In this document: positions 6,126 to 6,203 of the stretch, one piece after another | Layout: the number at the start of each line of letters is the position of its first letter | How positions within the stretch are numbered: position 1 is the first letter of the stretch | Source of the DNA: Fonticula alba ATCC 38817 | Taxonomy: Eukaryota > Protista > Nucleariida | Strand: one strand, 5' to 3' | DNA: 6,203 nt | NCBI GenBank assembly: GCA_000388065.2 | Contig: KB932204.1 | Program-made: the position numbers and the translations under genes | Notes under the pieces: model-generated | The model's input: the letters and a program-made list of their open reading frames with translations, nothing else | What the model was told of the DNA's origin: nothing | The model's database searches: none

Positions 6126-6203
6126 GGATCGGCGCGTCTACGCGGGGGGAGGGAGCGGGCCAGGGGGAGGGAGAAGGGGGTGGGGAGAGGGAAGAAAGGG
6201 GAA

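Overview
This is eukaryotic, GC-rich, microsatellite-rich genomic DNA with spliceosomal GT-AG introns. It is not one continuous locus. It is a patchwork of assembly fragments separated by three 10-N gaps (1612-1621, 4719-4728, 5580-5589) and two very long G runs (335-396, 2570-2635). Three exact 34-37 nt overlaps at fragment ends allow reordering by hand. Locus A in + order is 2636-4718, then 1657-2565, then 5627-6203. It holds a complete 8-exon minus-strand ArfGAP1/Gcs1-type gene (reconstructed CDS 1800 nt, 599 aa, all splice phases consistent). That gene lies tail-to-tail with the last exon of a plus-strand CASTOR/GATS-like ACT-domain gene (2703-2851). Locus B in + order is 4729-5579, then 591-1611, and I could not identify any product in it. 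Most ORFs in the supplied track are shadow or low-complexity frames, and neither real gene is called as such there. I found no prokaryotic, mobile-element or CRISPR features. The apparent gene scrambling is best explained as an assembly or scaffolding artefact.
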